A stretch of 64,000 nucleotides of DNA from Geosiphon pyriformis uo1 (Eukaryota > Fungi > Glomeromycota), in contig JAAOMT010000515.1 in the NCBI GenBank assembly GCA_016748015.1, forward strand, positions 1 to 64,000, written 5' to 3'. Positions within the stretch are counted from its first letter, which is position 1; each line of letters opens with the position of its first letter. Positions 34,303 to 48,100 of this stretch are shown here, piece by piece. A program made the translations under genes and the position numbers. Under the pieces are notes generated by a model that searched no databases, was not told the DNA's origin, and was given only the letters and a program-made list of their open reading frames with translations.

Positions 34303-37300
34303 CTATTACTTTGATCAAGCCTATTTTAAAGACAACTTTGAAAAAATAAACAATAGCATCAATCAACTTTTATACTCAACAACCTTTGAACAACAGCCCC
34401 CTGATTTCGAATATTGAATCAGTAAAACCACATCTGGATTGCTAATCATCAATTAGTCAAGACTCTTCTTGAAACAAAAGAAGAAAGCTATCAAACTGTT
34501 TTTGTTTTTGATCTTTTATCAAGTGAATCAGAACATTTCACACAAACAGTTACTTCTGAACCAATAGCTAATGACTCTATGCAAACAAACATCCTGGCTG
34601 TCTTCTAGAGTATACAAACTGCTCTATGGCAAAAAAACAACACCCTACTACTCTTATTCAGAAGTAATACACAAGATCCAATTGAATGATTAGATGATTT
34701 TGAGAGAGCAGCTACTGCCAACCAATATAATACTGAATACAAGTTCCAAATTGTTGGTGGTTACTTTCAAACTCTTCTGCTACTTGGTTCTCACAAGAAA
34801 CCAATGCTGGTGCTCACCAAAGAATCATTAGATAGACACCAACAAATGCTGGAGAAGAAAATACCTCTTTTACTACTCACTTTGAAAATAAATTCAGAAC
34901 TTCCATCTTAATTTCTAAATGGCACATGGAACTAGAAAGAAGAATCCAAGATCCTGGTAAAGTGGTAACTGAATATGCCAAAGCCATCAGAAAGTTAATT
35001 AAAAGAATAGACTCTGGAAGAAACTGGACAGAAGAGCAAAAAATTCATTCCTTTACAAAAGGATTGAAAACAGATCTGTTATATGCTTTTTGGCCCCTCT
35101 TGGTTTTGAAAGATAATCCCACAATAAATATAACTATTGAACTTGTCCAGAGAATAGAAAATAACCAAAGAATGCATCTGGAATTCACTCTTCCAGTTTT
35201 TGCTTCTGCTCCTGTTATGGCTTCTGCTCCACAAATGGCTGCTACCTCTTTTGCTGCCCAAACTCAAGACCTCAATAAACAGTTAATAGATAGACTTACA
35301 GCAAATCTTGCTCAGCTATTAGAACCATTAGGCCAAGCAGTCAGAGACAACTAGCAACCACAAAGACCTAGATTTGAACCACATTTTAATCAGCCTTAGC
35401 AGCCTTCTTACCAAAGACAGCAAAATTGTGGCCCACCTGTGTGAATTAACTGGACATTTCTCAAGAGATTGCAACAATTCTCCTTTGCTACCTCCAGCTC
35501 TTAGAAACAATGATAATCAAAACAACAGAACTATCAACAACAATGCCTCCAATTAAAGACCCAATCATGTCAACATCAATTTCTTTGGAGAGAATCCCTT
35601 AGTTAAAGCTACTGTTTATCAGTATTTAAACTGATAAGTGCATCTTCAAAGGGTGAGAGTGCAAGCCAACCAGAAGAAAACTTTTTTTATGCCTTTAATT
35701 TAACTAATGATAATCATAATATGAATAAACTGGCAATCAATCTCTCTGACTCAACAAAAAAAAAGAAGAAAGCCAAGGTTAATTTCATTTTAGATCCCAA
35801 CAAAGTCTCAACTTCTACTGCTAATAACAATGAGCCACCAAAGACTAAAGTTTTTAAGAATCCTCCAAAGTTGGAATCCCCAAAAATTGTACAAAAATCT
35901 GCACCCTATTCTGTTGTAAAAGATCTCATGGAAACCCCAGCACATATCACTTTTGGCCAGTTAATGACTCATCCACAGTTTAAAAAAAATCTTTGCAAAT
36001 CATTGATTCCAAAGAAGAAGACACCAAAAACTAACAAGTGTCTTCACCAAGCTGAACTTGCTGACAACAGCAATATCACTCCTCTAATCTATAAAGCCCA
36101 AGTAGCTAGTTACTTTATTAATCTGATTTTAGACAATGAATCATCTGTTAGCATCATTGCCAAACATTTTTTTGAAGCAATTGGCAGAAAGATTGATAAA
36201 CCTTCAACTAGACCAATGATTAATGTATATAATGACAAAAAAAAAGGCCTGGGCATAGCCAAAGCTGTTTCTGTTCACATCAATAGTATCAGCATTGAAA
36301 CTGACATGAAGGTATCTGAAGCCAAGGAATACACAATAATTGTTGGCAATAAATGGCTTAAGAAAGCAAAAATCTTTCTTGACTATGAACTTAGTGAGCT
36401 AACCATCAAATATGGTGAAAAGCCCATTGTGGTTAAGTGCCATTATTAGACAAACACTCTAGTATCCAAGCAAAACCAAGAAAAAAAACAGTCAGATGAA
36501 TCAGACAATAATGAGAGCAATGAAAAAGAAGATCAAAAAGAACAAGAAAAAACTGCTGAATTTGTCTATACCATCTTCATCAGCAATGACAAACCACTAA
36601 ACAATGTTAAAGCTAACAAAGAAGAAATCATGGTAAATGGCAAATTAATCTGTTGGCTCTACTATGATATCCTTAGAAGAACCTTTGATAGAAAACCTGG
36701 CAAAAAAGCCAAATACAGTTATTGGTGGTATGGTCTTTGTGTCAGGTGCTGGTGCAATAAACTTTTGTATTCTCCAAGCAATGAATACAAGTTCTGTTTG
36801 ATCTATTACAAAGATTGGAAGCCAATTAGTTTAATACCCAGAAAAGAACTGAAAAAAGTACAAAAGTCATTTAAAAATAAACCACCTGAAATCCAATCAC
36901 TAATTATAAAACAAAAAAAATCTTCTCCTGAAGAAAAAAAAGTGGACATTGAAAATCTGTTGGCTAGAAATAGCCCAGTTATCTCAAAAGAAAGTGATAC
37001 ATCTAGACAAACCCATGTAATACAACACACCATTACCATAAAAGAAACTCATCCTATTCATTTGAAGCCTTATCAATCCAATTAACACAATGATAAATTT
37101 ATCAAGAAAAAGATAAACCAGATGAAAGATTTTGGATTTATACAAAAAACCAAGAATAAATGGACTTTCCCAGTTGTAGTGGTATCCAAGAAAGATAGAA
37201 CCCTACACTTCTGTGTTGACTACCACCAATTAAATGCCATTACTATAAGAGACATATATCCACTTCTCAAAATTAATGTAATGCTATATAAATTTAATGG

Positions 37301-39680
37301 TGCTGCTTTTTTCTCAACTATTGACCTAACTGCTGGATTTTGGCAAGTAAAGATAGATCCAAAAAGCAGAAAGAAAACCACTTTCATTACCAAGTATGGC
37401 ACCTATGAATTTACAGTCATGTCTTTTGATCTGATCAATGTCTCTTCTACCTTTCAATGCATAATGGACAAAGTGTTTGAACCAGTAAAAAAAATTTTGT
37501 TCTGGTTTACTTAGATGACATAACAATATACTCAAAAATCTGAGATGAACATCTTGAACACTTGCAAAAAGTTTTTGATCTGCTCAGAAATGCTGGCCTC
37601 AAGATAAATCCAATTAAATCTTTTTTTGGATGTTAATCCACCCAGTTTCTTGGTTATCTTATTACAAAAAATGGAATTTTCTCTGATCCAGGTAAGATTA
37701 AAAAAGTCCAGAACATTAAACAACTAATGAATGTTTCTGAACTACACTCTTTCCTTAGTTTGGCTTCTTACTATTGTAAATTTATTAAGGATTTTTCCAA
37801 AATTGCCTTTCTTTTCAATTAGCTACTCAGAAAAAATGTCAAATATTACTGGGCACTTATCAACAAAAAGCTTTTGAAATTCTGAAGGAAAAACTTGTTA
37901 CTAAACCAATTCTTAAGCAACTTGATCTAAACCAACCTTTTATCTTTCACACTGATGCATTTGGCTATGGACTTGGTGCTGTTCTCTTACAAAAAGATAA
38001 AGATGGCAGAGAACATATTATAACATATATCAGTAAATCTTTCACACCAGCAAAAAAAAACTATTTAGTAACTGAACAAGAATGTTTAACAGTAGTTTGG
38101 GCTATTAATTACTGGAATCAATATCTTCTTGGTGTGAAATTTTTAGTGATAACAGATCATCAAGTCTTGATTTGGCTGTACAATAAAAAGAAGCTGGAAC
38201 ACAAATAAATAACTCACTGGATACTCTACTTAGATGAATTTGACAATGATATTCAATACTGCAAAGAAGCAAATCATCAAAATGCTAATGCTCTTTTTAG
38301 ACTTACCATCCAGTAACAGTACAAACTTTTCAAACCAAACCAACTTAATTATTAGTAACTTCCTTTTTGACAAACATAAAAATAGATTTGGACAACTATT
38401 CTGCCTTAATAAAATTTTTGGGTAAAAGACAATACCCACTAGAATACACTCAACAGCAAAAAAAACATTTGTGCAAACAATCAAATTTCTATTTGATTTA
38501 CCAGAACCAATTATATAAAAGAAACAGAAAAAATTCTGACTGCTCTTAGAGAGTTATCAGATTTGAAGAAAGAGAAATTGTAATATACAACATGCACACT
38601 GACCCATTAACTGGACACTTTGGAAAAACAAAAACAATTCAGAAAACTTTAGCTTACTATTATTGGCCTACTTTTAGAAAGAACATTGCTGAATACATCA
38701 AAATCTGTGACATCTGCCAAAGAAAAGACAAACCCAATTGCAAAGAAGATATCCATTCAATCTCTGTGGATCAACTATTTAACAGAATTGGTATAGATGT
38801 TGTTAGACCTTTAACAATAACTTCTGATGGCAACAGATATATTATCACAGTTACCAATTATTTTACAAAGTGGGTAAAAGCAAAAGCCACTCCAGACCAA
38901 ACAGCAGTCTTAATAGCCAATTTTATTTATGAAGATATCATCTGCTATCATGGCTGCCCCAAAAAACTTTTCTCAATACACTGGTTAAAGAACTTTGTAG
39001 AAAAATGGGGATACATTATAAACTTTCTTCTTCTTATCACCCTTAAACAAATGGCTTAGTAGAACGTTTCAATAAAACAATATGTAAAACTTTAGCCCAA
39101 ACCAGTAAAGAAACAAACTTGTGAAACAAAGTACTGCTTTTAGCTTTGTTTGCTTATAAAACTGTGAATCATAACATAACAAGTTATGAACCTTTTTATC
39201 TGCTCTATGGATACATGGCAACACTACCAATAGAAACTGACATTAAGACAATATCTTTTGAAGAAATCACAATAAAAAATTACAAAAACATTTTGCAAAG
39301 AAGACTTAGTACTATTTTTAACTCCTTGGTAGAAGCACGAATAATTGCTTTTGAAAAGATAAAACAGTTCCAAGAAAAGCTTAAGAAAAAAAAAATCTAT
39401 AAAACACTTTTTTTAAGTGTTGGTAACTTGGTATTGGAATACTATTTAGACAAAAACAATGTTTATAGTAATAAATTCTTTAGCCAGTGGAAAAGACTCT
39501 TTATAATCAACAAAGTTTTGAACAATGATTTTTATATTCTTCAAGATCAATTCAGAACAATTTTCAATGATTATCCTGTTCATGGTATATAACTCAAAAA
39601 ATATCATAAACAATCTAATTGGTTGCCTGTTGTGGTAATACTAACCCAAATGATTAGCAAAAATCAAGTATAAATAAATG
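34303..39680 (+). pseudogene. GyA A4 gag-pol-integrase
   Basis: ORFs 34926-35354, 35721-36449 (PR), 36630-37085, 37122-37514 (RT), 38592-39059 and 39146-39592 (IN). Confidence 0.88.
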
Positions 39681-39943
39681 TACTATTTCCAAAACAAAGG
39701 TATCTTCAATTGACATGAACAATTATTTTCTGAATCAAAACATTTAAAATGTCTTCTATACTTTTTATGAGTATTGAATCAAAAACTATCCAAATGCTAC
39801 TCTGACCATTGGAAAACAAATCATCATAACTGATAACAATAGAACACATACTGTTATTAGACCAAAGAAAACTACTACCAGAAAAGAAAGAATTGGTAGC
39901 AAAATGGATAAATATCTGTTAGAAAGTATAACAACAATTATAC

Positions 39944-41197
39944 AAAATTCTTTCTCTCTTTAATTTTATAATCACAACTAGAGCTAAAAGTAAAAAAGTT
40001 GCAAATGTTATTTTTCCTATAGTAACTAATAAAGTTTCAACATGAAAGGGTTTCTCTGTTATTAAAGCAGCTAAACAAAACGTTTTGGCTATGTTTTTTT
40101 TGAAAAATACTAGTGAAAAACTGCTTTTAGTAGCTTCTGGTTCATTTTCTTCACTTTTGGCTGGTGGTTCTTTTTCAGTCAAAGTTCTTTCCAAAAAACA
40201 CACTTGGGTTAGTCCCAGTATTATCTCTACTACTTCTAAGAACTCAAAGATTTTTAATAATAGACCAGTTAACAAGTTGGTCTTTCTTACTCTCATCACT
40301 TTTACTACTACTACTACTACTACTACTTTACAAATGGCCATAAAAGCCAAAAATTTCAAAAAACAGCAGCTGGCACTCACAACTGCTTTGGTGACACCAA
40401 ACCCCTTTGTAGTTCCAGATGAGATCTTGGGTAAGATCTCCACAACAGCAGCCAGCCCCCTTCCTAATGTGAATGACAACAACAATTGTATATCTTCCAA
40501 GATGGACCAAGATCAACTACTGGCTGTATTGTCTAATGTGGTACTATCTGGCAGATCATTACCAATTTCAGTAGCAAAACAGCCCATTATTTCAGATGAT
40601 CTCAAAAATTGGGCTGATCAAATGGAAATAGAATCAACTATTTCTCTTTCAGTTTCTGGTGCTGCTAATGGTGGTGTTTAGGAAAATGTGAATGATCATG
40701 AAAAGTTCTTTGGTTGGGTGGCCTCCAATCTTGTATCTGGTGCTACATTTAAGATCAAGATGGTCCTGCACAGTTCCTTGTTTTAGTTGCTGTTTGGTTG
40801 TATTAGGTTTAAGTTTGTTTCAAGAGATGCTATTAAGTTGTTTTGTGTGGAATTTGCATCTTAGGAAAGTCTAAATGGTGCTACCAAAGTGGCCATTAGT
40901 GATAAAGTTTTTTTGACCACTCTTAAGATTGCAAAGTCTTCTGGTGTGAACTCTGTTTTTTCTTTTTCTTTGTCAATTGCACTTTGTGATGTACCTTTGA
41001 ATACCTCTTCTGATGACATCAAATTTGCTCTTGGGATGTTTGATGTTGTCACTTCAGTCAAGTTAAAGCTGGCTGGTTTATGGTAATATGTTGTGGTTCA
41101 TTTCAAAGACACTTTCTGCTGCTGCCGCTCTTACTTACTGGTTTGCACTAGTTAAAAAAAATAGTGTTAGAATTCTCCTTATTACCAAGCAAAATAT
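39944..41197 (+). mobile_element. HAL1-like element, 5' portion (3' end deleted)
   Basis: Begins with the same short leader (TTCTTTCTCTCTTTAATTTT). ORFs 40085-40681 and 40889-41086 match 30390-31490. Confidence 0.82.
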
Positions 41198-41332
41198 AAT
41201 TTTTTTTATAATTACTTATAGTTATAATCTACAAATCAACATAAATTACATCCTTGTAAAACACAACAGTGGATCATACGCATATTTATAAAATATCAAA
41301 CATTCTTGTCATGAAAAAATTTACTACATCAA

Positions 41333-42368
41333 ATGTGTTTTAGAAAAGAACTTTCTGAATACCAAAAAGGAGGGATTATTTCAGCAAAAAAGTTAGGACA
41401 TACAAATAGTAAAATTTCAATGACTATTGGATGTTTATGTTCTTCTGTAATATGTGTATGGAAGTCATATGAGCTAAAAAAACTTCCTAAAAAACAAATG
41501 GGCTGACCACAAATTCTTGACAAATGTGCACATAAACAATTCAAATATTCAATAATGGAGAATAAAAAAACTCACTGCCAAACTTTTTCTCAAATATGAT
41601 TGAATTTTATTAAAGATACTAACAAATCTATTTCTATACAAATTATTCAAAATGGATTAGCTCAAGAAGGACTTCACTTGTGCATTCATTGTCTCAAGTT
41701 ATTAATTTCCAAATCAAATAAAAAAAAATGTTTATAATGGGCTCATACTTATGAAAATTAGACAGTAGAAGATTTTAAATAAATTGTTTGGTCAGATGAA
41801 TTTACATATACACAATTTAGGACTACAAAATTTGGATGTGTATGGCATAAATTTTCCGAAGAGTTTTATAAGGATTGTATTACAGTCACAGTTAGAAAAA
41901 GCTTTGGTTGCATGTTTTGAGGATGTTTTTCATGAGTTGGTTTGAGTCCTTTAGTTCCTTTGATTGGTCATATTACTGGAGTTATACACTGCAAAACCTT
42001 GGCTAATTATGCAATTCCTATGGTAAAACTTCATGCAAAAAAAACTAAAAAAGTTTTTTTTTTAGGAAGACAATACACCAATTCAGACATCAAAAGTTGT
42101 GCATTCTTTTCTTATCTCTTCAAATGTTGAATTACTTTCTTGGCCAACACAAAGTCCTGATATTACTCCAATAAAAAATCTTTGGTCATATATTGAAGTT
42201 AAAATTTGTCAACATAATTCACAACCCTCAAATATTGTACAATTGGAACAGTGGGTTAAGAAAAAATGGGATGCAATACCTGTAAATTACTATTGTAATT
42301 TGATCAAGTCTATGCCATATCAAGTTCAAGCTATTCTTGAAGCAAATGGGGGTTAAACAAAATACTAA
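41333..42368 (+). pseudogene. Tc1-family (DD34E-type) transposase
   Basis: RKELSEYQKGGII (HTH), IVWSDE, EDN, WPTQSPDITPIKNLW, LIKSMP..VQAILEANGG.TKY. Confidence 0.88.
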
Positions 42369-42436
42369 TATGTATTTTAATATAATAAAAAAAAATTAAC
42401 AATTTATAAGTTAGTTCTTTTATATAACATATTATA

Positions 42437-42468
42437 AAAATGTTTAATACTTTTTATACCCCCCTGTA
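42437..42468 (+). repeat. Right terminal inverted repeat of the Tc1 element plus TA
   Basis: ...TACTTTTTATACCCCCCTG-TA, a typical CAG/CTG end with TA; the left TIR was not found. Confidence 0.55.
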
Positions 42469-44439
42469 TAATATACTATTTAATATCATAAATTATAAAA
42501 AGTTTTTTAGCAAAATCTGTTTTAGTTTTTTTTATACAACATATTTTTAATCAGAAACCAATTAACAATATATTAAAAACTCAAAATAAACAAAATTTTT
42601 CTCTATTTATATTTTTATCATTATATATAGAATAGAATATTTGGAAAAATAAATTTAAAAGTCAGAGTTTCAAATAATACAAATATCAGCCAACTATATA
42701 TTTTGTCTAATTCAATAGTTAAGTTATATGATCAATTGTTTTTGACTATAATATTATCTTATTTAGTTCCCTCAATCTATTTTAAAAACTTTGTTCCAAG
42801 ATTTTCAGAAAAAATTTCATATCTGTTTGAACTAATACATCTACATAATGAAAACAAACACATAGAAGAAACCAACTCTGATAAAATGCAAATTATTAAT
42901 CAAACATTAGATAACAAGACAAATATTGAACTTATTGTACAGAAAAACCTAAGAATTACATAAAAATTAATAATTATAGTGTTTACAAAAGCATTTGGCG
43001 AACTTTTTCAACTATGGATAAAAAAAATTTAGAAATATCTATTAAATCATTAAATAGTATTGTTCACTCTAAGATACATGTTTTAAATATTATAATATAT
43101 AATGCTATAAAAAAAATAAGTTATCTATAATTTACTGTAGAGTTCATTTATTAAAAAATTAATTGCATTAATTTTTTTTATAAATTTTGAGCTGTATTCT
43201 TGTTTTAAGGTATAAAAGTTAAGATGAGTAATTGATCTTTTACAATATTTCTTAATATTAAACATTTTTCTATAGTATTACTTTTAGATTAACAATTAAT
43301 TATATCACAATCATTCTAATTTTTGTTTCAAATCTGCTGCTTCTAGCACCAAAACTGGTTGTTTTTAATGTTTATCAAAAAAAACACAAGATTATAAATA
43401 AAGTGCAAATAATATTCTCAAATTCTTTAATAATTACTTATATAGTACAAATTATTTATAGTTATTAAACAATTTATATAATTTTAAATTATATCTAGTT
43501 TTCCAATTTTAATAATATTAAAAAACTAAACTGTAAATATGATAGATTAAATTCTTTTTTTTTATATTTACAGTTTAATTTTTTGAATTATATTATATTT
43601 TATAAAGTTATTAAAGTTTAAAATTAGCCATTTTTATTATTAATTTTTAATTTTCAAATGCTAATTAATTAAATTTTAGCCAATCAGCAATCATCAAAGT
43701 TATATTATCATGTAATAAATCATCAAAATATTATTATTTTCAAAAAGACTTTTAATTAATATTAATTTAATCTTTAGATACTTTTTTATAAAGATATAAT
43801 ATCTCTTAGCTTATGTGTTTTTTACTAGTAACACAGCATCATTAACTATAAATATTTTATTCATACTACTATTATATTTAGTTGTTATTATTGGAACAGA
43901 AACTTAAATATCAATATTGTTTATATTAGATGTCAAAAGAATTGTAAAAATACTATAAGTAGTAAAACCAAAATATAAGATCTGGTTTAAATATTTTGTT
44001 GGTATTGCTTGGGATTATATATTGTTATAATTTACTAATCTGAATGGTTTATTAATAAGTTGTGTCTAGTTTCCACTGATGTTTTGCTATCTTTAATTAT
44101 AGTTAATGCTTCAAAGTCTGGGATTATTATATACTAAAGCTTAGTATTAAGATATTATTTGTGCTATTGTTTATAGAAACTAATAATAAGTTAAAAATAA
44201 TTAAAGTAGATATTGTAATTGTGAGTATTGTGACAAAAAATATTAGAATTTTATAGTTTAAAGATATTTTGGTTGTAGTTGATATTGATTTTTTCAGTTT
44301 TGATTGGCTAGTTTTTTTTTGTAATTTTTTACAATATGTCTGAATTTTTAACAATAATAATAATTGTAAAGCTTTGATTTCTAAGATTGTTTTTGTTGTT
44401 GTCAATTCTGCTGTTGTTGATAATTGCTAAAGTTATTTC

Positions 44440-45040
44440 TATATTGTGGTGGTTAATAAATTTTAAAGTTTTCTGCTAAGAATACTTTAATTTTCAAAAT
44501 CAATTTTTTACTTAATTGGGTAGACTTAGCATTAATATTTAATGTTCTATTTATAATTAAGTTAATAGTTTGGATATAATTGGCTTCTTGTTTTATTAAT
44601 TCAAAGTTATAAACAAGTATTATAATCTCTTATAAGCTATAAGAATAACAGGATCTAATAAATTAAAAGATACTGCTTCTTAGTTTTTTGATAAATTGGT
44701 TGAGAGTTTGTTTTAATATATAATAGTCTTTTTTAATTGTTTGAATTTGGTGAAAGATTTGATTAAATTGTTTGAAATAAATGATTACTATTTTATAATT
44801 CTTTGTTTTATTATACTGAACTGATTTTGTATTCTAATAAACATATTAGGATTACAGAAATATTGTAAAAAGACAAGTTTAAAAGCAGCAAAGTTAGCTA
44901 GTTTTTCTTTGAAACTTTGGCTTTATTTTAATTATTGGCTCTAATTGCTTTTTTAGCTTTTATAATTTAAGTATATGTATTTTCTTTTTTACCAGATAAT
45001 TTTTTCAGTTTGGCAATATTTTTGTAAGCCATAATTTAAA
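44440..45040 (-). pseudogene. Highly decayed gag of a GyB-related element
   Basis: Reads MAYKNIAKLKKLSG...KAIRANN...FKLVFLQYFCNPN..QNQFSIIKQ, parallel to 9855-10490. Confidence 0.6.
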
Positions 45041-45115
45041 TAATAATAATTGGTTTAATTGTTAACAAAAAGAATATTGACAAATATATGTCTAGTTCTT
45101 TTGCTGAATTTATAG

Positions 45116-48100
45116 TATTATAAGTAATTATTTAAGATGTTAAAACAAATAACAAACTCGTAACTTAGTGCTCAATAACTAAAAATATTGGTAATTTCTG
45201 AAGGTTTTGGAGTCTAAAAGTTTTGGTTGAGTTTTTTATATAATAAACAGAGATTTAATTGATAATTTTTTTTATGAATTTTTTTTTTAATGTAGTGGCT
45301 GGTTTATTCTGACAGTTATACTTTTTTAATAAGCTATTCTTAATATTTCTATTTTTGTTCTTAAGTCTTTTATCAAACTATTTTTAATGTTAAATATTTA
45401 GTGTTTAATTTTTTTAATTAATTAGTAAACAACAAAAAAATAAAAAAATAAAAAATAAAAAAAAAATAAAAAATAAAAATAAAAAAAAAATAAAAAATAA
45501 AAATCAGAAATTAGTATTCTGTTAATAGCCATAATCAAGAGCTATTGATTTAGTGTAATTAAGTATTGGATTCTATCAATATAGAGTGTTGATAATATAA
45601 ATAGATTAATATTTCTTTAATCAAGTAATAATAACATAAATTAGATAATGTTATTCATAGAATATAGAAATTAAATATTAGTACATAAATTAGCCAATCA
45701 GAATAAATGTAATAAATAAAAAATTCCAGGATTTTTCTCAAGAAGAATTGCAGGATTCCAGAAATTTCAGAATTCTTATGCAAGGAATTGTAGGATTCCA
45801 GAATTCTAGAATTTTTTTTAAAAGAAATTACAGGATTCCAGGAATTCCAGAATTTCTGGTGTGAAAAATTGAGGAATTGAGAAATCTTAATTATGTATAT
45901 ATAGCAGTAGTATTAAAAGCTAGAAAATTAGACTTTTAGAGTTAGTAGAACTCTCAGAGTCAGTAGGACTCTTAGAGTCAATTAGATTTACAAGTCATAA
46001 TAATTAGAATTCTTTAGTTAGAGAACTCTTAGTTTAGATTTGATCTAAGCAACCTTCCATATCACAATTATTAATAAATAATTATTTACTATATTAATCC
46101 ACTTTTCACTATTAATACTTTATGTTGATAATAATTGATACTTAACTACACTAGAACAATAGCTCTTGATTACAGCTATTAACAGAATACTAACTTGCAA
46201 TTGCTTTAGCTTATGTTTTTATCTTTTTTTATTTTTTTTGTTATTTTTTTGATTTGACTAATTGATTAGGATTAAGTACTGAATTACTAACATTAAAGAT
46301 TGCCTAGTAAAAGACCCTTGTGAATGAGTAGAACATGTAAAAAATTACAGATTACTTACCAGAAGATTGTCAGCCATCAAGCTAAAAAAAAAATTGACAG
46401 AATTGCAATTCTGGGAAGTTACAGATAAACAATTATTAAATCTTTGTTCATTATACAAAGGACTCAACCAAATTTTCAGATAACAATACCTTCAGATTAT
46501 CATCATCACAAATAGCTTTTGAGCACCAAGTTATGGGTTTTGTTATTTGATTTGAGACCCAAATAATCATTAGTAACATTTAGTGCTCCCTGTGAAGTAT
46601 AATCCTACAGAGAACTAGCATCAACAACAATCATTCAAAAGTGGCAAAATCAAAAATTATAAGAGCAAACCATTTAAAATTTGCCAAATTCTTGTTTCAA
46701 TAGTACAGCCAACAATTAGGATTAAACAACAACTATTTTCCAGCAGAATCAGCCTTTAACTTTTATGTCAACAATAAAATTACAGACTGCTTAAAAGGAA
46801 CAGTTAACATTGAATTCACAAGAAAAAATTTCTATACAAAATTGTTCCAACATACTAGTTTACCAAAAAACTACAATTTTGCACTAATTATCAGAGAAAT
46901 CAATCAAACTATTGAAAGGTACACCCAACAACAATTTTCTATCACATATACAAACAAAAGCAAAAGAAGATTGCAAACACCAGTGATAACACCCAAAAAG
47001 ATACAACCATCCACTTGGAAGAAAACCAAAGTTGAATCACCAACCAATTTATCATACCATTATATACTGAGAAGTGCTATCAATATTGTCTTAGTAAACG
47101 TGTTCACATCAAATGTGACATCAACTTTTGGATAATTCCCATTTTAAAGTAAACAAAGAAGAGCAGAGTTATTAAAACCATATGGCAAATATTTTGAAGA
47201 ATTTAAATTGTGATTACCAACACTATTAAGATTTCAATTACCACTATTTTAACCAAATTTTGGAACTGTGAATTCATGGGAAGTAATAGAATCAGAAGAA
47301 GAGGAAGAAAAAGAAAGTAAGGATCAAGAATTTATTTATTAAAACCCAATTCTAAAAAACCCAGAAGTTGAAACTCCAAACATTCAAACTCCAAAAAACC
47401 TGATTTTTAAAAGTTCAAAAGTTGAAACTTTGAACATTCAAACCCAGCAAACTCAAAACAATTCAAACCCCAAAATAATTAATCTGCAAAACTTACCTCC
47501 AGTAATTATCATCAATTAGCCACTAATTAAACTAATTATCAAACCAATTTAACAGCAGCTACTTTAGCAACCTATTCAACAACAACTGCAACCACCACTA
47601 TCACAACAACAACAACAACAAATGGCATATGCACTCATCACAAAGCTGAAAAAAATTTTTGGCGAAGAGGACAACACCCAAACATGAATTAATGATGTCA
47701 TTAAAGCCATTACTACCAATAACTGGAATGATGCCAGAACAATACAAGTTATCTCATATTTCTTTAAAAATACTGCTAACTTGTAGTATCATAGCTTAGC
47801 CCAAAAACCCCAAAACTTTGATGCATTTAAATTAAAATTCCTAAGATATTTCAGTGATAATAATAGCATCAACTGCCTGGCAAGTACTTTCATTACCATA
47901 AAGCAAGGGAACACAGAAACAGTCACTACTTACCTAGGACACTTCTACAGAAATCTGCATCAGATCCAAGCCATCAATGCCAATTATTTTATGGTAGTAC
48001 AGATCTTGAATCAGTTCATTCATGGATTATGCAGCAGTATTCTACAACGTGTATGCCCAATGCATCCAGCCACTTTGCAAGATACAGTCACACACACCAG

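Larger units (their letters stand above)
22543..39943 (+). mobile_element. GyA copy A4 (5' LTR, gag-pol-IN, start of ORF3; 3' end lost), interrupted by A3
   Basis: LTR 22543-23232; PBS TGGTGCTCTCTGTGAGGTT 23239-23257; gag starts 23285, breaks at 23494 and resumes at 34303 (TSD CTAT). Confidence 0.88.

Noticed and set aside
42470-43860. Possible host gene (ORF 42703-42963) or LTR remnant (TAGCCAATCAG near 43678)
   Set aside because: Extremely AT-rich with no recognisable motif; cannot be supported.
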